Assembly (NCBI GenBank): GCA_040285825.1
Contig: JAUPSS010000008.1
Location: 682,001 to 746,000, forward strand
DNA: 64,000 bases
Source: Eukaryota sp. TZLM1-RC
Taxonomy: Eukaryota; Protista; Metamonada: BaSk clade
Direction of reading: 5' to 3'
Below, piece by piece: positions 11,354-22,400 of this stretch. Each line of letters starts with the position of its first letter. Position 1 is the first letter of the stretch. Below the pieces are notes generated by a model. That model saw only the letters and a program-made list of their open reading frames with translations. It ran no database searches and had not been told where the DNA came from. The translations under genes were made by a program, and so were the position numbers.

Positions 11354-12760
11354 TTAATTAATGGCTTGAATAGCCACAATGATAACCCTCCTTCCTCTCT
11401 GAGGAAGAGTAATGTCCCTTCTTTGAAGGAGAACAATCCACCGCCCTCGGTGAGTAATCCTCCACTTGCGGAGAGTAGTCCTTCCTTCGGGAAGAGTAAT
11501 CCTCCAAAGGAGAGTGAGCTTTCCGCTGAGAAGAGCATTGCCTCTCAGAAAGAAAGCCACCTCCTCAATAAGGAGAGTGAACTTCGCACTGAGGAGAGCC
11601 CCACCTCCCAGAAAAGAAGTCACCTCCCTAATACGGAGAGAGGTAACCACGTTGTTGATGTGTCAGAACTATACACATACCCCGACAACTCCTCGGAGCT
11701 CCTTCCTTGTAGGAAGAGTTTTCTCACTCCGAGCGAGCAACGGAGATTCAAAGCGTTTGTTGTAAGTACGAAATCTGACGCTTGTACAGAAGGTGAAGGA
11801 GGTGAAGGCGAGCAACAGCCTACGACTGGCTCCTCACGTAAAACTCCCTCCTCACCTACTTCTGACATCAGCTCAAGTGAGGAACCTCAAAGTGATTCCA
11901 GAGGATCTCTTAATCAGAACTACAGCAGGAGAGGGGATGAGAGCGATGATGAACCACCTCATACACCCAATCCTCCTAATCCAACTCCCAGTTTCCCATC
12001 TACGGAAAGGACTTCTCAGGGTCTTTACCGCAGGAAATTAGCAAAGGCAGTTGAGGCTGTAACTAGAGATTTCTTATTGGACCTCATCGCCAATCCTCCC
12101 GAAGATATACTGGATTGGAGTGATGACGAATTATTAAAAATGGCTGAGAATGAGTCAGAGCGTCTTGCGGGAGACGTAGACCCAGCCGAATGTGAGAAGG
12201 TGCGACGTGACTATTTAGCGAAACGTTGGCCCTTCCTCTTTGGGGAAGCCCACGGCAAAACACTTGACGACGTCGTCTACGAGAGTTATGATCAAAGTCC
12301 AAATCTTTTAAAGAGATTGGATGATCTTACCGATTCGGCAGTCTCGTGTGGAATGAGTGCAGTCGAGGATTGCTATTTTAGCGCACCTCGTTCAAAGTAT
12401 CAAGCTGCTACTCCCAGGCCTGCCAAATGGCATAGGGATGCAATTGATGACCACAAAATATATTTCAGTGGAAATCAAGAAGCTTACGACAGACTATTTT
12501 GGATAGCTAAAATGTATCCTCATAATCAACAAGGTAGAAACCTTAGAGGCGTCGTAAGGCATTTCCTAGTGGAGAATGTACACCCAAAAGATTCCATTGC
12601 GGACATTCTTATTATGCTTGGGGGCAGATTCGATGAATCTCGAGGTGACACCCTTCAATTTCATACCAAAGAGTCCTATATTAGAGAAATAGGCACAAGG
12701 GTAATTGAATTGAAAGAGCAACGTGTTGGCCCCAACAAGTTAAAAACTAGTATACCCTGA
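11339..12760 (+). CDS. ORF1 of the gypsy element: low-complexity S/P/E-rich repeats plus an unknown domain, upstream of gag
   Basis: Intact ORF whose ATG lies inside the 5' LTR; KSNPP/KESEL repeats; no gag/pol motif. Confidence 0.55.
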   Translation: MDRASLINGLNSHNDNPPSSLRKSNVPSLKENNPPPSVSNPPLAESSPSFGKSNPPKESELSAEKSIASQKESHLLNKESELRTEESPTSQKRSHLPNTERGNHVVDVSELYTYPDNSSELLPCRKSFLTPSEQRRFKAFVVSTKSDACTEGEGGEGEQQPTTGSSRKTPSSPTSDISSSEEPQSDSRGSLNQNYSRRGDESDDEPPHTPNPPNPTPSFPSTERTSQGLYRRKLAKAVEAVTRDFLLDLIANPPEDILDWSDDELLKMAENESERLAGDVDPAECEKVRRDYLAKRWPFLFGEAHGKTLDDVVYESYDQSPNLLKRLDDLTDSAVSCGMSAVEDCYFSAPRSKYQAATPRPAKWHRDAIDDHKIYFSGNQEAYDRLFWIAKMYPHNQQGRNLRGVVRHFLVENVHPKDSIADILIMLGGRFDESRGDTLQFHTKESYIREIGTRVIELKEQRVGPNKLKTSIP

Positions 12761-12767
12761 TGCATGG

Positions 12768-14067
12768 ATGGCTAAACTTAAGGCATGGGTTGATAGCTGG
12801 CCCGACCAAAATGTTTTTGAGAATGTCTTAATAAAGAGCAGTTGCCTTCCATATGATCATAAACTAGCAGGGGTCCCTAGAGGATCTAAAGATGCACCAG
12901 ATTGGGTGGATTTAAGACCACCAGCCCAGACTGTACCTGTGCAGGAGGAACCTCCTAAGACAAGATTTATCATTAAGTTGGGCGAAACATTGCCTTCAGA
13001 AGAGAGGAATATGAACCTATATAGTACACCTTCTGTAGGGCCTCTGGCATCTAGGAGAGCTTCTTGTGAAGCAACTCCTACACAAGCATCTGTTATAAAA
13101 TCATCTATACCCACGCAACCCCTAGGAACGAATGCTCCTAGAGATTCTCTCGTCGACACCCTCGGTCTTTATAGAACTCATGTAACAGACGAGGAGAAAT
13201 TGAGGAAAAGAATAGACGACAAACTGAGATGCCTAGTTAAGTTAAATGAAGCGTTTGACGCCAAGAAGATCTTCGACTTCGTTCTTAACTTTGGCAATTG
13301 GGCTAAAACAGTTAGGGATCGCGATGGACCCACCAGAGCATTTACGCCGATCACCAAATACGGTCAACCTGTTCATCAGTACGACTTCGTTAGATCTATG
13401 TTCTTCGAAGTGGACCCTTTGTATTTGAGATTTATGATTGAGGGTAAGGTCATCGCAGAATGGCAGAGTTTTTATGGAGGCCGAACAAACGTGTTAGGCA
13501 ACAACCCATCTGACGCCGAAATCTGGGAATATTTGCTACTCAGCACCCAGTACAAATACCCTACCGATGTTGAGAAGGCTTTAAGGTCTGTAAGACCACC
13601 TGAGATCAGTCGCAAAATGACTGCTGAATCTTCGTGGACAGCCTTCATAGAGCAGATCATATATATAATTCGACGCTCTACAATTATGCCTGGAACGGAT
13701 GGTAATCCGTCTGTCGTCTACCCAGCAAAGAGATTTCTCGAAACTATTAACGACAAAACAAAACAATCAATTGATGGACACATATATCATTTGGATTGGC
13801 AAGTTTGATTCAAGTAACGAGAAACTGGGCGATGCGATTTACGATTTAGGTAACGCATTTGTTAACAAGGTCAATAGCCTTGAATCCTCGATCAAAGACA
13901 TGAATTTGATAAGAACAGCTTTTGGTGCTCACGCTCCTGCGCAAAAAGGACGAAGCCAGTCAAAAGGTCCTTTTAAGAACCCTAGAGTAAGCAGTCGACC
14001 CATCCCTTCAGAGCAATGGTGTAACTTATGTAAAACCAATAAACATCCTGAAGAGAAATGTTTTTAA
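12768..14067 (+). pseudogene. Gag (capsid region + CCHC nucleocapsid), frameshifted
   Basis: ORFs 12768-13808 and 13699-14067, ending in WCNLCKTNKHPEEKC. Confidence 0.7.
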
Positions 14068-14205
14068 ATTAGTGGGAAGACCTGGTTCAAAAAAGCGTCA
14101 AGGAGGTGAAAGACGTGATAGAAAAAAAATAGTAGTAATAAATCAGATGATTATACATCTTTAAACAATAACCTTACAAATAATTCAATCAAATCCATTT
14201 ATAAA

Positions 14206-17200
14206 ATGAGCAAAACAGATTCGAATTATAATCACCTAAATCCATTAAAAAGATTTAGAGAGTCATCCAATCCTGTGGGTTCTATCCACAGTGTTAGACT
14301 ATCCAGGGTAGCAGAGGACCAAGAAAGTTCTAACGGGGAACTTTGGTTAACCTGCACCATAAATAACGTGGAAGTACAAGGCGAAATTGATAATGGAGCT
14401 GCATTTTCAGCATTATCAATGGATTTAGCCTCTAAATGTAATATGACAGTTAATTACAATAAGACTGTCGAATACTTATCGGCAAATGGTATTCGCTCCA
14501 CGACCCTGGGATGTGCAAGTGGTGTTCTTGCTCTAAATGTGGGTAGCTTGGCCACTCAAGTGTTTTTAAGGATCGAATTCCAGATCATTCCTGGTACCAA
14601 TAATTTTTTGATCGGAAGAGACTTATTACAAACCTTGGGGCTACGCACGGAGCACGGTTTTAATATTAATTTGGATCACGAACATCGCACCATCTTAAAT
14701 GCTGAATGTGAGTTCGATAATAGAATTTGTCAACCAATTAGATTCATTGAACAATTGAGTAATAAATCAGACTTAGGTAATGATTTTTGGGCATTCCACA
14801 TTTAGACATGAGTTAGATGAGTTGGGCTGTAGAATACGCCTGGATGACATTAGGGACGAGGAACGCCTAGTCGTGCTACTCGAAAAATATAGAAATGTAT
14901 TTAGTGGGCTACCTCACCCGGATGGAATTGATTGTCAGCCGATGACCATTCCATTTTATGACGAAAGTAAGGTCGTCAAAAGGAAACCTCGAAGATTAAA
15001 CCCAGAAAAACAACGGGTAGCCGAGGAAATTTTTAACGAATTGATCCGTAATGGATTTGCTGTGCCCGCAAAGTCTCAATTCAGTAGTCCCATCTGTCTT
15101 GTGATTTACCCTGATCACAGGAAACCACGATTAACTGGCGATTTTAGTGGTATTGGTGGAGTAAATGATTTAACTAAACCTGTAGAGGCAAATTTGCCCA
15201 GGATTAGCGACATTTTAGAGTTTCTAAGTAAAGCTAATTATATAGCAACTCTAGATTTACCTAAGGCATTTTGGCAGCTCAAAAATTGCAGAAGAGGATA
15301 TTGATAAAACTACCGTATCATTTCCCGGGATGTCGATCAGTTTTAAAAGGGCTTGTTTTGGTTTGAAGAACGTTCCTGCAGTCTTCCAAAAACATGATGA
15401 TGGAAATATTTGATTCTGAGGGCGTATTTATTTATATCGATGATATAATAATAGTAGCTTCGACCCTGGATGAATTTCTATCTAGAGTAGGTACGGTCCT
15501 AGAACGCGCCAAACGTTTTAGAGTTAACCTTGGCCTACCCAAGTGTAGCTTTACCACTTGCAAACATGAAATAAAAATTCTAGGTAGTATTTTTGTAAAC
15601 AAAACCCGTTATATAGATGAATCTAGGATTGAGGGACTGATCAACCTACCCAAACCCAGGACATTACCTGAGGTTAGGAGTTTTATAGGTTCGATTAATT
15701 ATATACGTGACTGGTCGCCAAACTTGTCTGATTTGATAGAACCAATCAACAAATTAACCAGAAACAAACCGTCAAAGATCAAGTGGACTTCTGATCATGA
15801 CGAGGCTTTTGGTAAGATTATAAATCTTATCAAAGCAAATATCCCTCTTGAATTGCCCTCAGAAGACAAGCATATTTTAATAAGTGCTGATGCGTCTGAT
15901 GTGGCTGTAGGTGGAGTAATATGGCAAGAAGCTAACCCACCTAAAGATCCTACGACACCGCTAATTAAGAGAAAGGTTGTACCAATTGCCTTCTTTAGCA
16001 GATTATTATCAACTTCACAAAAGAATTGGTCTGTACTTCAGAAAGAGTTGTATGCAATTTTACTAATTCTCACTGACAGTAGTTTAGAAAATTATTTAAT
16101 TTCGAGGAAATTAACTATTTTCACTGATCATAGAAATTTAGCATACCTTATATCAGCTCCTGAAAAGAACAGAATTGTGAAGAGGTGGCTACCAATATTG
16201 TCAGAATTCAATTTTGATGTAGTCCACACGGCAGGCGAGGAGAATTATTGGGCAGACATGTTGTCTAGATTGGTTGATACCAAACCCAAAACCCCTCGAG
16301 TCCAACAAGTGAGAAACTTGGCACCTCACAGAGTTGAAGAACAATTACCCTATTTAAATTTATTAACTAGAGTTAATTTGTTAAGGGATGAAATTACTCA
16401 ACCGTCCACAATTGAGCTACCCACGATCAATAGCTTATCTGCACTGAAAGAAGCAGTTGAGGATACTAAATTTGATTTATTTGACACTTGGATCTCAAAG
16501 ATTAGGCAAGAACAACTTATAGATGTTGATTCAAATCCTGATTATTACAAAGATTACAATTATAATTCAGATATTCAATTGTATACCAACAATCGTGGGA
16601 AGATTGTTATCCCAGATAGTTTAAAGAAGCAGACTTTAACTATCATTCATGGACATGCAAATGTTGGCCATCCTAGTGTGACGACTAGCGTAAAGAAATT
16701 ACTCAATAGTGATTACTTTTGGCCCGACATGCGCAAAGACATGCTTAATCATATTAAGAGATGCCCAGCATGTCAAAAGACGGCACATGTGCCTAAAAAA
16801 GTCATTGAATCATCTGGCTCTCTTTGGGCTGATCGACCTTTTGCACGATTAAACGCAGATACTATTGGACCATTACAACAAGATGATAATGGATTCAAAT
16901 ATTTAATAGTTTTCGTAGATTCGTTCACTAGGTATACGATCATTTGCCCTGTAAAGGAATTGAATGCAGTGGAGGCAACCAACCACCTCCTATGGAGTGT
17001 AGTATCAATTTTTGGTATCCCACTGTTGATTCATAGTGACAATGGTATTGAATTTGCAAATACCATATTCAAAGGGTTATGCGATTTATTGAAGTAAATT
17101 GAAGTAACATTGAAGTAAGTCGTTCACTAACTAGCTTTTCACAAAGCAATGGTTTAGTAGAAAGACGACACAGAGACATCCTACAAAGTCTAAGAAAGAT

Positions 17201-18011
17201 TTTGGTGGACTCTGGCGATTATAGCAATTGGAGTGAATATATCCCAATTGTACAACTTCAAATCAATTCAACTATTAGTACTTACATTCGTTACTTACAT
17301 TCGCCCTACAATTTAATGTTTGGTAGCGACCACAGCCCTAGAGCTGATCCTAGTAATATGTTTGAATTAATAAAATCAGCTAATGTTAATATTCCCTTTG
17401 TTAAAGATCTTGAAGCAAAACTTGAAAGGATTTCAAAGAAGAGAGAAGAGGCAGAGCTCAGGCAAGCTCAACAACTGCCTGAAGTTAACAAACATAGGAA
17501 CCCTTTTAATAAAGGTGACTTAGTTTTGCGATTAAAGACTAATGGTAAACTCCATGGTTGCTTCGCTGGCCCTTTTCTCGTTGAAGAAGTTAAACCCAAT
17601 AAAAGTTTATTACTCAAGAATCTTGTCACTGGTTCGATGTCTACGGCAAGTATAAATCATTGTAAACTATACCTTTCAGACTTCCCTAAAGAAGATCTTG
17701 ATTGGCATAAGAATATTGCTGCTGGCGATATGGAAGAATCTGTAATCGTTAAAATTATAGATCACTTTGATTACGTAGATTCGAACAATAATAAAGTTCC
17801 TTATTGTACCGCAGTTTGGTATGGCGGCGAGACTTCGTCTGTCCCAGTTGCTGACGTCAAAAGCACTGAGGCATATCAAACATATTTGCGCTCTATTAGT
17901 CCTCACACTACCAGGAAACGGAAGGTATCTTCTAATTCCAAATCTAAGACTAATTCCCCTGCAGTCAGTACTCGTAGCTCTCGTTCAAGATCTAAGAGAG
18001 GGAAAAGGTAG
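14206..18011 (+). pseudogene. Pol (PR-RT-RNase H-IN-chromodomain-like), broken into 4 ORFs
   Basis: DNGA, LDLPKAFWQ, YIDD, DASD, HPS..CPAC, NADTIG, HSDNG, NGLVERRH, AGPF, IVKIIDH...VWYG. Confidence 0.92.
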
Positions 18012-18147
18012 TGTTGTACTGTGGACAATTAGTCTAGTACATTTATATTTATATAACATAGTTCACTAGTGATGGCCTTTATAAGGGCCGGTGAAATTCT
18101 AATAAATTATTCCTTATTCTTTGTTATCATATATGGATAGAGCATCA
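18012..18147 (+). repeat. 3' LTR of the gypsy element
   Basis: 136 bp, preceded by a PPT. Confidence 0.97.
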
Positions 18148-18806
18148 TTTGTCCACATTGTCTATCCAACAGCATGCAAAATACAATTTGTATCCATTTG
18201 TTTTTTTCTTTTTGGTTCACTTGGACCGCTTTACGGTCTTTGGCAGATTTTGAACTTATTGTTAGAAGAAGGACCAGTAGAAATTTGAACTGGTTTTGCT
18301 GGCAGAATAGAATTGTCTATGAATATAAATGTCTAAGGGGATGTTGAAGGTGGTTTCTGATGCAGTGCTTTCTCTTGCATCACACCATGAGAGAGTTGGT
18401 TATAAATCAACATCTACACAATCCATCTCTCCCAAAACAAACAACTATAAGCTGTTCAACAAATATATTCATTTAAAAAAAGTTACATTGTGTGGACTAC
18501 AATTGTGTTCCGTTGTTAAATATTCTCATGTTGTACCTTTCTTTGTGAATTCGGATTTATCTAACAGATTAAGATACATTTACTTAATTGTTCAGCGTAT
18601 TCAAAACAGAAATCTTTTTTAGTAATCAGACAAAATGCTGCAGTAATCGAAGTTTATCTGGTTATAATAATGCAAAAACAAGTAATTAGTAATTGAGTTG
18701 CAAAGAACCATATGTAATGTAATTTGAGAAAAAATGAAGCTAAACAAAACACAGCAGGTAAAGTAACTCTAAAATAAAACAATTCTGCTTAATAACCAAG
18801 TATCAA

Positions 18807-19415
18807 TTAAATATCTTCAAGATCTTGTTCTTTAATTTCAAACTGTTCATCAAACTGTGCAGGTGGTATATTGAACGTATCCACACAATGTTTCCTTACA
18901 GTATAAAGATTATCAGTCCATCTATTTGCTGAGGAAACACACACAGCAGTCTCCTCTTCAATTTCCTTAATTACCTCCGGATCAAAAGCACTATACCTGT
19001 CTAGTTGAGATTGGAGATCAGAGCGTTGTTTCTTGAGAGAATAATAAAGTTGCAACTGTTCCGGTCGATTGGGCGCTTGTCTAGTTTGTAAGAGTTGCTC
19101 TCTGTTCGAAATGAGACGATCACTTTGGGATTCCAGATCAGAGAGTTGAGACTGAAGTTTATCTATGACTGCAGCACGCGAAAGCTTTGCTTGGGAAAGA
19201 AAGGCCCAGAAAAAGTTGCCGGCACCAATCTTGTCTGTTGATATAAGACGGTCATCCACAAGTGTTTGTACTACCTCTTTGACAGTTTGCTGTGTCACAC
19301 CACATTTCTTAGGTATCAACTTTTCAAGTTCCTTCAAGTTAAAAACTCGCTGATTTTCATGAAAGAATTTGAGTACTCTGTCTCTCTTTTCATCAAACGA
19401 AAGACGCTTGGACAT
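18807..19415 (-). CDS. MND1: Meiotic nuclear division protein 1
   Basis: MSKRLSFDEKR...FNLKELEK..PK..G...QTVKEVVQTLVDD.L...DKIG..NFFWAF..ANRWTDN. Confidence 0.95.
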   Translation of the reverse strand: MSKRLSFDEKRDRVLKFFHENQRVFNLKELEKLIPKKCGVTQQTVKEVVQTLVDDRLISTDKIGAGNFFWAFLSQAKLSRAAVIDKLQSQLSDLESQSDRLISNREQLLQTRQAPNRPEQLQLYYSLKKQRSDLQSQLDRYSAFDPEVIKEIEEETAVCVSSANRWTDNLYTVRKHCVDTFNIPPAQFDEQFEIKEQDLEDI

Positions 19416-19480
19416 TGGTTAAGAGGACACCAAGAACAAATAGCAGTAACTATGAAGTAAAAAAATATCAATTAAATCAA

Positions 19481-22400
19481 ATGTCATATTGCTCCTACTT
19501 CTCTAAGTTAGTTGATGTAGTGTCTTTTGCAGGTCCACTGGGTCTCTCCATATCGAAGCTCTTTGACGCTCTTTCTCCGATTACTAGTGATGAGTTTACT
19601 TTCATTTGGAATTCTCTATTAGTTTCCCCTCAGTATTCATCTGGCTTTTGGTATAAGTACGCTCCTTTTGATGGCAACTCTTCTCTTCACTCATCACAAT
19701 GGCCTTCTGTTGATAAAACTACTCTGCCTAAAACTTTTGATGATCTTTTTTCTCCTCACACCAATGTTTTTGACAACCCAGATACCCAAGCTACCATCCA
19801 AATTGGTGTCCATGACTCTGTTTTCCTTTCACTGCTAGGTCTTGACTCTTCCTCCTCTCATATCTCACCTCAACGCTTTACAATACTGGTAGCTATCGCA
19901 TCCGGAAGAGGCGAGGGAGTGCTGCAATCCGATCTCCCAAGGCTATGTGACATTGAGCACCAAGGAAGCAAGGAGGCCAACAAGACTGTGTTTTACCATG
20001 TTAAAGGGCTGGTGGATGAGGGTTTAGTCGAGAAATCTCCTGTTTACGTTACTTTTAAAACCGGAAGTGTCTCTACAAATAAACTTGTATTGAAAAAGTT
20101 CAGGGAAGCTGATGGGGTAATTGGTAACAAAAATGAAAAGAAGAGGTTTAATTTAAATGATACGGTAAATAATATAAAGAGTTATTTTTCTAATATTGAT
20201 AATGTGTGTCAATCAAGGGATGACTCTGACAAACAAATCTCTTTTTATTATCTAAACAAGTTGAAGTGTGCAATGTTTGAATTGGGGATTTCAAGGGGCA
20301 TTTTTCAAGAAGCAATGAATTTTCTGATTAATTCTGAATTTATTTACAAAATCGAAATTGTGGACGATCGTGGAACCAAAAGAACTGGGTTAGTAATCAA
20401 TGACCCCGATCAAATAGATTCTGCAATCATTAATGAGGGTCAAAATCAAGATCAACAACGACCATCCAGCCAAATTTTGTCCCTGTCATCCCACCCTTTC
20501 TCTTTTCTCCCATCCAATCCTGTGTGCTCCCCTGGAGGCTACCATAACGTTCCTCTCTATAGACAGCTTCTTTCTTTTTCGATTGTGGGAAACAGGGTGA
20601 AGTCAATGACGGGGATTAGCGCCGTAGATGCCACTCAATTACTGGTTTATTACCCCAAACTAATCATTGCTCTAGGGAAAGAGTTGGCTGATCTTAATCT
20701 TGTGCGAAGGATGAACATCCAGCATGGTAAAGTTACTCAGCAGTTCTTTGGTCCCAGTAAGCTTGGTCGATCAATGAACCATTTGCTTCCTCAGTTTAAC
20801 CATTTGTTTCAAGACCAACCCCAAGATCCTCACGATGACCTTATCTCCACTCCACCACCATCTCCTCAAATTCCCAATGCTCCAGAACCAACAAGAACTA
20901 GGAAGTTGAACAAGGGAAGGAGTGTACAATCTTATCAGAGGCAAGTTAAGTGTCTGGAGATAGTGGATCATCACCTTGCCATATCTTCCCTTTTACTCCA
21001 AAGGGAACTTTCCACTTGGCAACAACAAGAACTGGCAAATGGAACAAAAGTCGACAAGGCAACTGTTCACAAGCTGGTTAAGGAGTTGGAAGAATTGGGT
21101 AAAGTTAAGGTGGTTCATGATGAAAGAAAGAAAGATAACAATGTTGACGTGATTGTTAGCTCTAAAGTTTTGACTGGGCCTGACTTTCTTGTGGATTCTG
21201 ATCTACTTGAGCTTCCTGAGGTGCTTTCCGCTATCCACAATCATCATGAAGCCATCAAATTGTCGCGATCACTTTCTCTTTCACATTCAGCACAAGTCAG
21301 CAAGAAAACACTTGCCACATATTCAGTTAGGACAGATGAGAAGGGAGAGAAGGAGGAGAAGGGAGAGGGTTTTGAGCAAGAGTTGGAGGTATTATTCAAA
21401 CGAGTTGAACTGTTTCATTCTTTACTGGCCAGCTCCCTTTGTACAGAGAATTCAAATGATTTGAGCTATAGTGCGCGTTTTATCAATCAAATTCTTACCT
21501 TTTCTGACCTTTGTAAACTAATCAAACTGCCAAACGCGTTCCCCAGTCAGCAACAGTTGATTGAAAAGCATGGGGAGTCTGTGTTTGGTTTAACCTTGGT
21601 CAACATCCCTGCTAGTTTAAATGTTTTTCTAAAGAAAACTCTAACTCCCAAGATTTCCAAGTTAAACTCCTTGATGATTAAATTGAATTTAATATATTTT
21701 TGTTTGGAAAACAAAAAGTATCGTTTTAACAGTGATTACCGCCTAGTTTCTCTTATAGAAGAGTCTTTTATTGACCAGGTCAAAAATGACCAAACTTTTG
21801 TTGACTTTTTCTCAAATATTGAGCTTGTTTACAGTTCAAAAGATAATATAATGAACTCAATATCGAACTTTTGGGCCAGTTTTGAGGTTTTTTCCCTTTT
21901 TATTTGTTTTAAATCATTTGATTGCGGGGGTTCTGAGTTTCTGTCCCTTATCACCAATCCAATCAATTGGCCAATTCAAGAACTTTTGAAAATTGATAAT
22001 GATCTCACTCATTTAAACTATAAGTGTTCATTTAATGACTTGTTGAATGCAGCCAATGATTGTAAAATAACCCCTAATCAATTACTCCGACATTTGGTTG
22101 CCGTTCAAGTGCGACAACGAAGCAAATCACGACTTGTTGGGGTTAGAAAACTGAAGAAATACGGTCAAAAAAAGTCAATAAAGTCTTCAAGAGTCTTGAA
22201 TGATTTTGGTCTTGACGATACAACTTCCGTAGCCACCCCATCTCAAGTTGAAAACTTTTTCAACTTGTATTCCGATTTAGATTTCTTTTTAATGTACTTT
22301 ACTATTATTTATAGATATCCTGCCACAACTAAGTTTCCTTTAGGTAAAGTTAGGATGGGGTTGGTGAAAAGTGGTTTAATGAGGGTTGTTGAGAAGTTCA

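Larger units (their letters stand above)
11218..18147 (+). mobile_element. Full-length Ty3/gypsy LTR retrotransposon with a chromodomain-like integrase tail; ORFs frameshifted
   Basis: Identical 136-bp TG..CA LTRs (11218-11353, 18012-18147); PPT AAGAGAGGGAAAAGGTAG; CX2CX4HX4C knuckle (~14020-14064); protease EIDNGA, RT YIDD, RNase H DASD, integrase HH-CC + D/D/E + GPF; order PR-RT-RH-IN; flanks TTCG/TTTG (4-bp TSD with one mismatch). Confidence 0.97.
10885..18400 (+). mobile_element. Old subfamily A non-LTR fragment split by the Ty3/gypsy insertion (10885-11217 + 18148-18400)
   Basis: Both flanks of the gypsy element align contiguously to the subfamily A REL region seen at 52964-53515. Confidence 0.75.

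Noticed and set aside
11362-11376. TGGCTTGAATAGCCA as a canonical tRNA PBS
   Set aside because: Starts 8 nt from the LTR, is itself a hairpin, and has no TGG counterpart in the 45629 element; not formally excluded without the host tRNA set
14068-17200. Alternative genetic code explaining in-frame stops
   Set aside because: Host genes use all three standard stops with uninterrupted frames; disruptions are confined to mobile elements
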